From the NCBI GenBank assembly GCA_965372795.1, contig CBDVDR010000027.1, positions 1 through 29,469 on the forward strand: 29,469 nt of DNA, given 5' to 3'. The translations under genes and the position numbers were made by a program. How positions within the stretch are numbered: position 1 is the first letter of the stretch; the number at the start of each line of letters is the position of its first letter. The notes under the pieces are model-generated. The model did not search any database and was not told the DNA's origin. It saw nothing but the letters and a program-made list of their open reading frames with translations. This document shows, one piece after another, positions 16,058 to 25,716 of this stretch. The DNA comes from an uncultured bacterium. Lineage in GTDB: Bacteria; Zixibacteria; MSB-5A5; GN15; FEB-12.

Positions 16058-16928
16058 GTTACTAATAACGGGTTGTCGCGGTCAATTAGGTTCTGACCTG
16101 GTCAAATTACTTTCTTCTGCTTATGAAATATACGGTATTGATCAGGAAGAGGCTGATATCACAGCCTATGATAAAGTTCAAGATCATTTTAAGAAATTTA
16201 ATCCGGATATAGTTATTCATGCCGCAGCCTATACTGATGTGGACGGATGCGAATCCAATCGGGAATTAGCCTATTCAATTAATGAGACCGGGACAGAGAA
16301 TATTGCAAAATTATGTCAGGAACATCAGGCGTCGCTGATATATTATTCAACTGATTATGTTTTTGATGGTGAGAATGAAAATCCATATTTGGAATCTGAC
16401 CTTCCCAATCCCAAAACGGTTTATGGTCAAAGCAAACTTGCCGGAGAGAAGGTCATTGAGAAATATTTGGATAAGTTTGCAATATTACGCCTTGCCTGGG
16501 TCTACGGTATCAACGGTAATAACTTTGTTAAGACAATGATCCGACTGGCTCTAAAAAACAGCCGATCAAATTCTAACAAATTGAGGGTTGTTAATGATCA
16601 GTTTGGATCGCCAAGCTGGACCGAACAGATTGTTACACAAACTGAAGCGGTAATAAAGAGTGATTTGACCGGTCTGTTTCATTGTACTGCTGAAGGATCA
16701 ACAAATTGGTATGAATTTGCCAGACTAATATTTGAAGAGCTTTCTTTAGAAGTTATGATTGAACCCTGCAGCTCGAATGAGTATAAACGTCCGGCGCCCC
16801 GTCCTAAATATTCAGTATTAGAAAATAGTGAATTTAAGAATAAAAATTTGAATTTGATGCAAGATTATGATAACGCTCTTAAAGAGTTTATCAAAATAAA
16901 CAGGGAGAAACTTTTGAATGAACTGTAA
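16038..16928 (+). CDS. rfbD: dTDP-4-dehydrorhamnose reductase
   Basis: TGCRGQLG, AAYTDVDGCE, STDYVFDG, YGQSKLAGE, VNDQFGSP and APRP.YSVL. Confidence 0.95.
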   Translation: MPMGYSKLLITGCRGQLGSDLVKLLSSAYEIYGIDQEEADITAYDKVQDHFKKFNPDIVIHAAAYTDVDGCESNRELAYSINETGTENIAKLCQEHQASLIYYSTDYVFDGENENPYLESDLPNPKTVYGQSKLAGEKVIEKYLDKFAILRLAWVYGINGNNFVKTMIRLALKNSRSNSNKLRVVNDQFGSPSWTEQIVTQTEAVIKSDLTGLFHCTAEGSTNWYEFARLIFEELSLEVMIEPCSSNEYKRPAPRPKYSVLENSEFKNKNLNLMQDYDNALKEFIKINREKLLNEL

Positions 16929-17385
16929 TATAGATGATGTCGTAATTAAAGAGATACAGAAATTTTCAGATGAACGCGGCTGGTTAATGGAATTATATCG
17001 ACAGGATGAAATTGAGGCTGAATTTATGCCGGTGATGAGTTATGTATCATTGACCAAGCCGGGCGTTGCTCGTGGTCCTCATGAGCATCGTGATCAGGCT
17101 GATTGTTTTGCATTTATCGGTCCATCGACCTTCAGGTTGTATTTGTGGGATAATCGTGAGGGTTCAAACACTTTTGGAGAAAAGTATACAGCTGACCTGG
17201 GTGAATCTAATCCGGCAATGGTAATTGTGCCCAAGGGCGTGGTTCATGCTTATAAAAATATTGGTGAAATTGACGGTATAGTTTTTAATGCGCCTAATCG
17301 GTTGTTTGCCGGGCAGGGTAAGAAAGAGCCGGTTGATGAAATCAGACATGAAGAGAGCGATTCATCACAATTCAAAATTGATTAG
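16918..17385 (+). CDS. rfbC: dTDP-4-dehydrorhamnose 3,5-epimerase family cupin (short RmlC type)
   Basis: DERGWLME, PGVARGPHEH, LWDNREGSNTFG and VPKGVVHAY. Follows rfbBAD. Confidence 0.85.
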   Translation: MNCNIDDVVIKEIQKFSDERGWLMELYRQDEIEAEFMPVMSYVSLTKPGVARGPHEHRDQADCFAFIGPSTFRLYLWDNREGSNTFGEKYTADLGESNPAMVIVPKGVVHAYKNIGEIDGIVFNAPNRLFAGQGKKEPVDEIRHEESDSSQFKID

Positions 17386-17405
17386 TACGGAAGACAAAAT
17401 TTAAG

Positions 17406-18545
17406 TTGAGCGATAAAAGTAAAAAAACAGTCGCCTTTTGCGGCTCTCGTGGAATTCCGCCCAAGTATGGCGGGTTTGAAACGGTTGTTGATGAAATTTC
17501 GAAACGGTTTATTGAAAAAGGATATTCAACCGAGGTCTTCTGTCGACGGTCATCTTATAGTAATCAGCTGGATTCTTATAACGGTAACAGGCTGATTTAT
17601 GTTAATGGGAGTAAACGCAGGAAACTTGACACGGTGGTTTCCTCGATCCAAACGGGGTTGTATATATTAAAAAATCGTAAACAATATTCATTTGTCTTCT
17701 GGTATAACAATGCAAATTTCCCCGGTATAATGTTGACTCTGTTAGCCGGAATTCCAATGGCGATTAATACTAATGGTCTTGAGTGGCGCCGTGAAAAATG
17801 GTCATTTATGTTTAAGGCTTATTATTTTATTTCAACTTATTTAATTAGCAAGTTGTGTAAAACATTAATTTCTGATTCAAACGGTATTTGTGATTATTAC
17901 AAAGAGAAATTTAACAAGCGAAGCCAATTTATACCTTACGGGGTTTATGCTCCTGATGAAGTAGCGAGTGATAGAGTTGATGAAATTTTAAATAAATATG
18001 GATTGTCTAAAAGTAAATTTTTTCTTCAAGTTACTCGACTTGAACCTGATAATTACCCATTAGAAGCAGCCCGAGCCTTTCAAAAATCAGGTCTTGGTGA
18101 AAAGGGTTATCGGTATGTGGTGATTGGTTATCAAAATTCTTATCCATATTCTGACAGCTTAAAAAAAATAGATAATCAGGATGGGGTTATGGTTTTGGAT
18201 GCGATTTATGATCAGGAGATTCTGGCAGCATTAAGAGCCAGCTGTTTTTGCTATGTTCATGGTAATCATGTGGGCGGAACTAATCCGGCGTTACTTGAGG
18301 CGATGATCTCCTGTCCCCGAGTGATATCGGTTGATATTTCGTTTAATCGGGAAGTATTGGGGGAAACAGGATTTTTCTTTAAGATTGGAAATCTTGATAT
18401 TCTGATGAATAAGATACTCAATGAACCTGATCTGTCTGATAAAATGAAAGCAAGGGCTGAGAGTCATTATCGCTGGGATGCGGTTTCAGACAGTTATATG
18501 CGGGTTGCTCAGGGTTTGGATGCGGATTATAATTCTCAATCATAA
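17406..18545 (+). CDS. GT4 glycosyltransferase (DUF1972/RgpA/Cps2T-like), probable rhamnosyltransferase
   Basis: GSRGIPPKYGGFET, NTNGLEWRREKW, RLEPDN and YVHGNHVGGTNPALLEAM. Lies directly after the rml genes. TTG start. Confidence 0.8.
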   Translation: MSDKSKKTVAFCGSRGIPPKYGGFETVVDEISKRFIEKGYSTEVFCRRSSYSNQLDSYNGNRLIYVNGSKRRKLDTVVSSIQTGLYILKNRKQYSFVFWYNNANFPGIMLTLLAGIPMAINTNGLEWRREKWSFMFKAYYFISTYLISKLCKTLISDSNGICDYYKEKFNKRSQFIPYGVYAPDEVASDRVDEILNKYGLSKSKFFLQVTRLEPDNYPLEAARAFQKSGLGEKGYRYVVIGYQNSYPYSDSLKKIDNQDGVMVLDAIYDQEILAALRASCFCYVHGNHVGGTNPALLEAMISCPRVISVDISFNREVLGETGFFFKIGNLDILMNKILNEPDLSDKMKARAESHYRWDAVSDSYMRVAQGLDADYNSQS

Positions 18546-18595
18546 TTAATATTATTGAACTTGATATTGTATTTGTAAAATAGTTATAATTTAGA

Positions 18596-19387
18596 ATGCA
18601 ATTAGATAAACAAAAAATATTACAAGATAAAGACTGCTTTATATTAGATTTTGATGGGACCGTATTTCTAGGTGACACTCCGATTGCCGGAACAGTTTCA
18701 TTTATAAAAAAATATAAAAAAGAAAAAGATTTTTATTTTTTAAGTAATAACACATCTAAAGTGCCATCTGATTATATAAGTAAATTAAATCAGGTTGGGA
18801 TTGAAGTTGATGAGTCTCATATTATAACACCCTATTTATCGCTATTAATCTATTTATCTGCTAATAATATTTCCCAAACCTATTTATTGGGGAATAATAA
18901 ATTTTCGGAGTTACTTATTCAAAAGAGTTCGGGGATTTCATTCGATAACAATGCCAAAGATTGTCAGGCTGTGATTGTTGCCTTTGATAATGAATTAACT
19001 TATCAAAAATTGGAACAGGCTTGTTTGCTGCTTCATAATTTGAAGATTAAATTTATAGCTACTCATTGTGATAAGGTTTGTCCGACAGAGAAAGGTGATA
19101 TCCCAGATGTAGGCAGTTTTTTATCATTAATTGAAACAGCAACCGGAAGAAAGCCTGATATGGTTTTGGGCAAGCCTGATCCTTCGATGATTGAATCAAT
19201 TATGTCAAAATATCAAAAAGAAAAAATTGTTCTGGTTGGGGACCGGTTGTATACTGATAAATTATTAGCAGAGAAAACAGATATCGATTTTATTCTGGTG
19301 TTGAGTGGTGAGACAAAGAGAGAAAATGTTGCAGTTGATCAATACTATAATTATGCAATATTTGAAGACTTAAGTAAATTACTATGA
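18596..19387 (+). CDS. HAD-IIA (NagD-like) phosphatase
   Basis: LDFDGT, LSNN, GKPD, VGDRLYTD and VLSGET motifs. Confidence 0.88.
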   Translation: MQLDKQKILQDKDCFILDFDGTVFLGDTPIAGTVSFIKKYKKEKDFYFLSNNTSKVPSDYISKLNQVGIEVDESHIITPYLSLLIYLSANNISQTYLLGNNKFSELLIQKSSGISFDNNAKDCQAVIVAFDNELTYQKLEQACLLLHNLKIKFIATHCDKVCPTEKGDIPDVGSFLSLIETATGRKPDMVLGKPDPSMIESIMSKYQKEKIVLVGDRLYTDKLLAEKTDIDFILVLSGETKRENVAVDQYYNYAIFEDLSKLL

Positions 19388-19455
19388 GTTTATTTGAAAA
19401 TAAAATACTAAAAAAATCTTAATTATTAAAATCATAATAGTTTCAGAAGGTTAAA

Positions 19456-20223
19456 TTGAAATACTTGTTTTTGATACAAGCCAGGACCGGTTCCACGAGG
19501 TTTCCCAATAAAGTTTTATCTTTAGTTAATGATAAATATAATCTAATAGAATTAGTTTATTTCAGAACTCTTTTGTCAAAGAGTGCAACACCAGAGAATA
19601 CGGTTATTTTAACATCTGACAATAGATCAGACGATAAACTTGTAGAATTTCTTGATACTAAAAATATTCTTTATGCCAGGGGAGATGAAGATAATGTCTA
19701 TGGCAGGTTTTATAATTATCTCAATTCCATAGAAAAGAAACCGGAATATATCATAAGAATTTGTGGAGATAATCCATTCCTTGAACCCTTATTTATTGAT
19801 GAGATGATCAAATACTTAGAAGAGAGTCAAGACAAAGAGAGTGATTATTTATCGTTCGAAACCTCAGATAATATTCCGGTAATTCTTTCACACTTTGGAT
19901 TCTTTTGTGAAATCATTAAATATAATTCCTTTATGAAAGCCAATTCAATAATCAGAAATGCAGCTCAAAAAGAGCATGTAACTCCTATTTTTTACAATAC
20001 CAGCTTCTTTAAATCAAAATTATTACCAATTAGTGATGAATTAAATAATAAAAAATTTAGATTTACTATAGACACAGAATCAGATTTACATATAATTAAA
20101 ACAATATTAAAAAAAATTGAAAACATAGAATTCAGTTATATGGATGTTTTACAAATTGTAAAAGAAAAGAAAGCATTAGTTGATCTGATGAGTAAAAATA
20201 TAATTGAGAATGAAAAGAAATAA
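19456..20223 (+). CDS. SpsF-like cytidylyltransferase (CMP-nonulosonate synthetase family)
   Basis: IQARTGSTRFPNKVL, RGDEDNVYGRF, IRICGDNPF, EHVTP and RFTIDTESDL. Confidence 0.85.
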   Translation: MKYLFLIQARTGSTRFPNKVLSLVNDKYNLIELVYFRTLLSKSATPENTVILTSDNRSDDKLVEFLDTKNILYARGDEDNVYGRFYNYLNSIEKKPEYIIRICGDNPFLEPLFIDEMIKYLEESQDKESDYLSFETSDNIPVILSHFGFFCEIIKYNSFMKANSIIRNAAQKEHVTPIFYNTSFFKSKLLPISDELNNKKFRFTIDTESDLHIIKTILKKIENIEFSYMDVLQIVKEKKALVDLMSKNIIENEKK

Positions 20224-20227
20224 TATA

Positions 20228-21277
20228 ATGGAACCAACTTACATAATTGCTGAAATTGGTCAAAATCATAATGGTGATATCGAATTGGCTAAAAAGTTAA
20301 TTGATATGATTGCTATGCCGGTTTTTGATAAATTTAATAATTGCCAACTTCGGCCGGTTGATGCTGTAAAGTTTACTAAAAGAGATTTGTCGGAAGAACT
20401 TACAGCGGAACTTAATGCTCAACCATACGATTCGCCTCATTCGTTTGGGACAACGTATGGCGAACATCGGGAGAAGCTGGAATTTACATACGAACAATAT
20501 ATAGAAATTGAAAAGTATGTCAGAGACAAAGGGCTTGATTTTATTGTTACTCTATGTTCACCAAAGACCTTAAAACTGGTTGATATGATTAAGATTGATA
20601 AGATCAAAGTAGCATCGAGGGATTTAACAAATATACCGTTACTTGAGAAAATAGCCGAGACTAAGATTCCAGTAATATTTTCAACCGGAATGAGCGGTTT
20701 GGATGAGATTTGTGATGCTATAGAAATTATCGAAAAATTTCATTCTGATATAACAATTTTGCACTGTATTTCTCAATACCCCGCCGAATATAAAAATATC
20801 AATCTTAAAGCTATTGAAGTTTTAAATAAAAAGTTTGACGGAAAATATAAGATTGGATATTCGGATCACTCAATCGGAATTATGGCTCCTGTGTTAGCCT
20901 TGGGTTTTGGCGCTACGGTAATTGAAAAGCATGTGACGCTCAGCCATACTATGAAAGGGTCTGATCATGCTGGTTCGTTGGAGCTTGATGGTTTGTGGCG
21001 CATGACAAGAGATATCAGGAATGCCGAGTTGGCGGTAGGTGATGGAAATTTGGATATTTCAGACGCTGCTTTGGGAGCGATGAAAAAATTAAGGCGATCT
21101 TTAGCGGTAAATGTTGATCTTGAGCAGGGGGATATTTTAACTGAAGAGAATTTGACCATGTTAAGTCCGGGAACCGGTTTGCGCTGGCATGATCGAAACA
21201 GTATTATCGGAAAAAAAGCCAAGCAGAAAATTTCTCAGAGTACTTTAGTTGATGCTTCAATGTTTGAGACAACATGA
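20228..21277 (+). CDS. NeuB-family nonulosonic acid synthase with C-terminal SAF domain; resembles the KDN-9-phosphate synthase type
   Basis: IIAEIGQNHNG, DAVKFTKRDL, SPHSFG.TYGEHR, KVASRDLTN, STGM, LHCISQYP, GYSDH, IEKH, GSDH and SPGTG. ATG 20228 is preferred over TTG 20204. Confidence 0.9.
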   Translation: MEPTYIIAEIGQNHNGDIELAKKLIDMIAMPVFDKFNNCQLRPVDAVKFTKRDLSEELTAELNAQPYDSPHSFGTTYGEHREKLEFTYEQYIEIEKYVRDKGLDFIVTLCSPKTLKLVDMIKIDKIKVASRDLTNIPLLEKIAETKIPVIFSTGMSGLDEICDAIEIIEKFHSDITILHCISQYPAEYKNINLKAIEVLNKKFDGKYKIGYSDHSIGIMAPVLALGFGATVIEKHVTLSHTMKGSDHAGSLELDGLWRMTRDIRNAELAVGDGNLDISDAALGAMKKLRRSLAVNVDLEQGDILTEENLTMLSPGTGLRWHDRNSIIGKKAKQKISQSTLVDASMFETT

Positions 21278-21933
21278 TCAGGGGGATTTTATACGATTTA
21301 GGGGATATCTTCTTTGAAGCCCATTACTGGCGAAAATGGATGTATGAGAAGTTGTGTGAGGGTAATTATTTTTCCGGCACTTTTTATGAATTTTATAATC
21401 TGTATGAAAGCTATCTGGTTGATGTATACGAGGGGAATTCTACTTATTTAGATCAATATTTTGCATTTCTTGCCTTTTTAAAGGTTGATGGTCCCAAAAA
21501 ATTTCAAAAGGAATCCTTTGAGAAAAAGGTTTATTTTGAGGAGCATCGGTCTCTTTTTGCGGGCGTGAAGGAGACACTTGAGATATTGAAACAAAAAGAT
21601 ATTAAAAATATCGTAATAACTGACAATGAACTATCTGAGCAGGAAGTCAGGTCGTTGGTTATTGAGAAGTTTGAGATAAATCATTTATTGGACACTGTTA
21701 TAACGTCCAAAGATGCAAAAATGACAAAACCTGACCCCAAAATATTCGATTTAGCCTTAAATAACGCCGATCTTTCAATGGAAGAGACGATATTTGTTGC
21801 CCATGATAAAGATGAAATAGACGGCGCCAAATTAGCCGGTTTAAAAGTAGTTGAATTTAATAATTATCTAAAAATTGATACAAAAGCTGATTTTAAAATT
21901 GATTGTTTCCAAAAATTGTTAGATTTTATTTAG
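21274..21933 (+). CDS. HAD-IA family hydrolase with atypical motif I (DLGD)
   Basis: ILYDLGDIFF, VITDN, KPDPKIF and FVAHDKDEIDGAKLAGL. ATGA overlap with the synthase stop. Confidence 0.8.
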   Translation: MIRGILYDLGDIFFEAHYWRKWMYEKLCEGNYFSGTFYEFYNLYESYLVDVYEGNSTYLDQYFAFLAFLKVDGPKKFQKESFEKKVYFEEHRSLFAGVKETLEILKQKDIKNIVITDNELSEQEVRSLVIEKFEINHLLDTVITSKDAKMTKPDPKIFDLALNNADLSMEETIFVAHDKDEIDGAKLAGLKVVEFNNYLKIDTKADFKIDCFQKLLDFI

Positions 21934-21970
21934 GATATGAAGTTCTGATAAAAACTTATAAAAATTGGCT

Positions 21971-23230
21971 ATGAAAATATTAAAATCATCAGCAGTGTAT
22001 TTGGTTGCTTCTTTAATTAATCGAGCAATTCCTTTTCTAATATTGCCAGTCCTGACAAGGTATCTGAATCCATACGAGTATGGCGTTTTAGCTATTTATC
22101 AGGTGATGATTTTGTTTGTAAGCCCTTTAGTTGATTTTAATATCAGCCAAAATATAATCAGGTCTTATTTTAAAAAATCAAAATCGGAATTGGCGGAGTA
22201 TCTTTCTAATATATTTCTGATTTTATTTTCTTCATTCAGCATCATCATCGTAATAATTTCGATTCTGCTGATGTTTTTTCAGGAATTCTTTGGCGTCCCC
22301 GGTAAGTGGATTATTGTTCTTCCATTGATAGCCTTTATGAATATGGTTAATAAGTGTAATCTGGTGATATTTATTCAGGAGAATAAACCTTTTAGGTTGA
22401 GTATTTTTGAGATGGCTTATGTTATTATCAATATTCTGGTAAGCTTATTGTTAATAATTCAATATGATTTTGGGTGGGAGGGAAGAGCCACTGGCATTTT
22501 GATTTCTTCTATTACAATGGGTATCGTTTCGTTATTATACATGAGAAAGAAAAAGCTTTTAAAATTTAAAATTCAAATGGATTCAATTAAGGAGATTTTA
22601 AAAATTTCCCTGCCATTGATCCCTCATAGGATAGGCTTGGTTTTAATAAATATAACCGACCGCATTTTTATTGACAGAATGATCGGTAAAGAATTGGTCG
22701 GTATCTATGAAGTAGGTTTTAAATTCGGCATGATTACTTTGTTGTTTGCTGATGCTTTTATCAGATCCTGGTCCCCCTGGTTTTATAAATATTTGAATTC
22801 ACCTAATCCTGATAAATTATTAATAGTAAAATATTCTTACTATTTTATAATAGGTATTTTTATTGTATCTTTTGGAGTAACATTTGGAACAAATCTAATC
22901 TTTGATTTCATGGTTGATCCTCAATTTAGTGATTCAAAAATGTTTATCGTTTGGATATCTTCTGGATATGCCGTCAGGGGTATTTATCAAATTATGTTGT
23001 TATACTTGATTCATACCGGACAGACAAAATTTCTGGCAATCAACACTTTATTTGCTGCTATCCTAAACATGATCTTTAATTATTATATGATTAACGCCAA
23101 CGGTGCAATTGGTGCCGCTCAGGCAACTTTGATTGCTTATTTTGTGATGTCGTGCGGGTGCTGGTGGTATGCTAACAAGTCCTTTAAGATGCCGTGGTTT
23201 AATTTTAAATGGATAACGGCGAAGAGATAA
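21971..23230 (+). CDS. wzx: Wzx-type polysaccharide flippase
   Basis: About 12 TM segments. FLILPVLTRYLNPYEYG, PLIPH...TDRIFI...VGIY and GAIGAAQATLIAY. Confidence 0.88.
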   Translation: MKILKSSAVYLVASLINRAIPFLILPVLTRYLNPYEYGVLAIYQVMILFVSPLVDFNISQNIIRSYFKKSKSELAEYLSNIFLILFSSFSIIIVIISILLMFFQEFFGVPGKWIIVLPLIAFMNMVNKCNLVIFIQENKPFRLSIFEMAYVIINILVSLLLIIQYDFGWEGRATGILISSITMGIVSLLYMRKKKLLKFKIQMDSIKEILKISLPLIPHRIGLVLINITDRIFIDRMIGKELVGIYEVGFKFGMITLLFADAFIRSWSPWFYKYLNSPNPDKLLIVKYSYYFIIGIFIVSFGVTFGTNLIFDFMVDPQFSDSKMFIVWISSGYAVRGIYQIMLLYLIHTGQTKFLAINTLFAAILNMIFNYYMINANGAIGAAQATLIAYFVMSCGCWWYANKSFKMPWFNFKWITAKR

Positions 23231-24546
23231 TGAAAACTATAAAAGATATTTGCGAACAAATTTGGATTCTCGAAGAAAAACACAATCTTCTTGATTTCGA
23301 GATAGACGGTGTGAAGATTTGGCAATTTATACGGATGGAGATATTTTTTAATATTGCTCAAGCAACAAAGGTTATTGAAGCACCACAATTTGTTAAAAAA
23401 GGATTTGTCGATAAGGTTAAAAGTTTTGTTCCATATTTGATAAAAGCTCTTTTTCAAAATCCATTATATGGCAACAAAAATGCGGATGTATTAATTTTTG
23501 ATCACGAAAGACATAAAAGGGTTCAAGGTGAAAATATTGATATTTACACTGAGTTCCTGATTCGGGATTTAAAAAAGCAAAAGGTTAACTTTCTGGTTAT
23601 GGAACGGCCTTATTTACGGAAGCATTTTAAGATAAAAAACTCTTATAGGAAATATTTAGATGCTTTTATGATCTACAGCTATTTTAAAAGAAAACTCTCA
23701 AATTATAAATTATCTCAAGAGAAGCTGGGCTTTGTTACTAAGTTAAACAATGAACTAAATTCTATATTCAGAATAAAATTGGATTTACCGATGATGTTTG
23801 AGCATCATGTTCAAAGGTTCAATATCAATTATGAACTTTTCTCGATATTATTAAAAAAGCGAAACCCTAAACAGATATTTATAGTTGTAAATTATGGTCA
23901 GGGTGATTTGATCAAGGCTGCTAAGGACTTGGGAGTTGAAGTTATCGAACTTCAACATGGTACGATCTCGAAGTATCATTTAGGGTATAGTTATCCTAAT
24001 GCAAAAGTACCATTAGATTATTTCCCCGATAAACTTCATGTCTGGAATGAATTTTGGAAGGATATAATCAAATATCCAATCCCTGACCAAGATATAGTTG
24101 TAAAAGGATTTTCTTTTTTTAATCAGCAAAAAGATAGATATGCAACTAATAAAAAAATAGACAATCAAATAATAGTTTTGTCTCAGGGTTCAATTGGCAA
24201 TCAAATGAGTGAGATTATTTTAGAAAACTATCAGTTTTTAAAAGATTATATAATAATTTACAAATTACACCCGGGAGAATATACCCGATGGCAGAATTAC
24301 AAAGCATTAGTCGAATTATCAAAATTTGATAATGTGACAATTGTAAAAGATAGTGATCTATACGAGTTATTCTCATTTTCAAAATATCAAATCGGTGTTT
24401 ATTCAACAGCAATTTATGAAGGATTGGAGTTTGATTGTCAGACGGTGCTGCTTGAATTACCGGGTGTGGAATATATGGATAAATTACTTGAAACAAAAAG
24501 AGCTGTACTTTTGAAGGATTTTGTTCGTGAAAATACTGTTTCTTAA
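23230..24546 (+). CDS. Putative nonulosonic-acid (sialyl/KDN) transferase, GT-B fold
   Basis: ELQHG, KLHPGE and YSTAIYE resemble the HP and S(S/T) motifs of CMP-sugar-using bacterial transferases. Adjacent to the synthase/cytidylyltransferase module. TAATG coupling to wzx. Confidence 0.55.
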   Translation: MKTIKDICEQIWILEEKHNLLDFEIDGVKIWQFIRMEIFFNIAQATKVIEAPQFVKKGFVDKVKSFVPYLIKALFQNPLYGNKNADVLIFDHERHKRVQGENIDIYTEFLIRDLKKQKVNFLVMERPYLRKHFKIKNSYRKYLDAFMIYSYFKRKLSNYKLSQEKLGFVTKLNNELNSIFRIKLDLPMMFEHHVQRFNINYELFSILLKKRNPKQIFIVVNYGQGDLIKAAKDLGVEVIELQHGTISKYHLGYSYPNAKVPLDYFPDKLHVWNEFWKDIIKYPIPDQDIVVKGFSFFNQQKDRYATNKKIDNQIIVLSQGSIGNQMSEIILENYQFLKDYIIIYKLHPGEYTRWQNYKALVELSKFDNVTIVKDSDLYELFSFSKYQIGVYSTAIYEGLEFDCQTVLLELPGVEYMDKLLETKRAVLLKDFVRENTVS

Positions 24547-25714
24547 TACAACCTATTATCCTAATGTCTTTGGCGGGGCGGAACGATCCACCCAGCATCT
24601 GGCTGAAAGTTTGGCAGAAATGGGTCATCAGGTAATTGTTGTTACCTTGGGTGATAAGTATAAAATTGAAATTCATAACAAAGTTAAAGTATATTACCTT
24701 CCAGTTTTTAATCTGTATCTTCCTTTTGACAATCGCCCTTCTATTTTGACCCGTTTATTTTGGAATATTATTAATATTTACAATCCGATAATGGGGAAGA
24801 GAGTTAAAAAGATTGTTGAGACTGAAAAGCCTGATATTGTTAACACCAATACCCTTCTTGGTTTTAGTTGTTCAGTCTGGAAAAATATTTCAAAATGTAA
24901 TATTCCTGTTGTTCATACAATTAGGGATCACCATCTGTTATGTCCTCGTACAACGATGTATAAAAATAATAGGAATTGTAATGAGCAATGTTTTTCCTGT
25001 AAGGTTTTTTGCAGATCAAATTTTAAAAATTCCAAATATGTTAATGCTGTTGTTGGTATTAGCCAATATGTTCTTAACAGGCATATAGAAACAGGTTGGT
25101 TTGCAGACGTTCCCAATCATGTTATTCACAATTCGTTCTCATTAAATGAGGTTGATACCACTTATGAAAAATCAAACGGTGTAGTTCGATTAGGATTTAT
25201 TGGACGGCTTTCGCCACAAAAGGGGATAGAGTACCTTCTTAGAGCATTTGCAAAGTCAAGTAAACACGATAAAGCTAAACTTCTGATAGCAGGTGAAGGG
25301 GAAGCTGGTTATGTTGACTACTTAAAAAGCAAATATAATAATTGCAAGGTCGAATTTCTTGGACGGGTTAAACAGCAGGAATTTTATAAATTAGTTGATG
25401 TTGTTGTAATTCCGTCGTTATTGAATGAAGCTCTGGGTCGTTCGATTCTGGAGGCTTATACTTTTGGAGTTCCAGTTATAGGAGCCAAAAGAGGTGGTAT
25501 AACAGAAATAATAGATGAAGGTGAAACCGGTTTTCTATTTGATCCTGATCGACCGGATGAATTGTCCGGTATAATAAAAAGTATTTTGGATACGCCAAAA
25601 ATATTAGATGATATGAAAGACAATTGTTTAAAAAGATCGAAAGATTTTTCGAATAATGTTATTTCTGAAAAGTATGTCAAAGTTTATTCGGGACTTTTGG
25701 GAGAGAAGAATTAA
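24527..25714 (+). CDS. GT4 glycosyltransferase
   Basis: YYPNVFGGAE, HTIRDHHLLCP with a Cys cluster, FIGRLSPQKG and EALGRSILEA (EX7E). GTG 24527 has an AAGGA SD. Confidence 0.9.
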   Translation: MKILFLNTTYYPNVFGGAERSTQHLAESLAEMGHQVIVVTLGDKYKIEIHNKVKVYYLPVFNLYLPFDNRPSILTRLFWNIINIYNPIMGKRVKKIVETEKPDIVNTNTLLGFSCSVWKNISKCNIPVVHTIRDHHLLCPRTTMYKNNRNCNEQCFSCKVFCRSNFKNSKYVNAVVGISQYVLNRHIETGWFADVPNHVIHNSFSLNEVDTTYEKSNGVVRLGFIGRLSPQKGIEYLLRAFAKSSKHDKAKLLIAGEGEAGYVDYLKSKYNNCKVEFLGRVKQQEFYKLVDVVVIPSLLNEALGRSILEAYTFGVPVIGAKRGGITEIIDEGETGFLFDPDRPDELSGIIKSILDTPKILDDMKDNCLKRSKDFSNNVISEKYVKVYSGLLGEKN

Positions 25715-25716
25715 GA

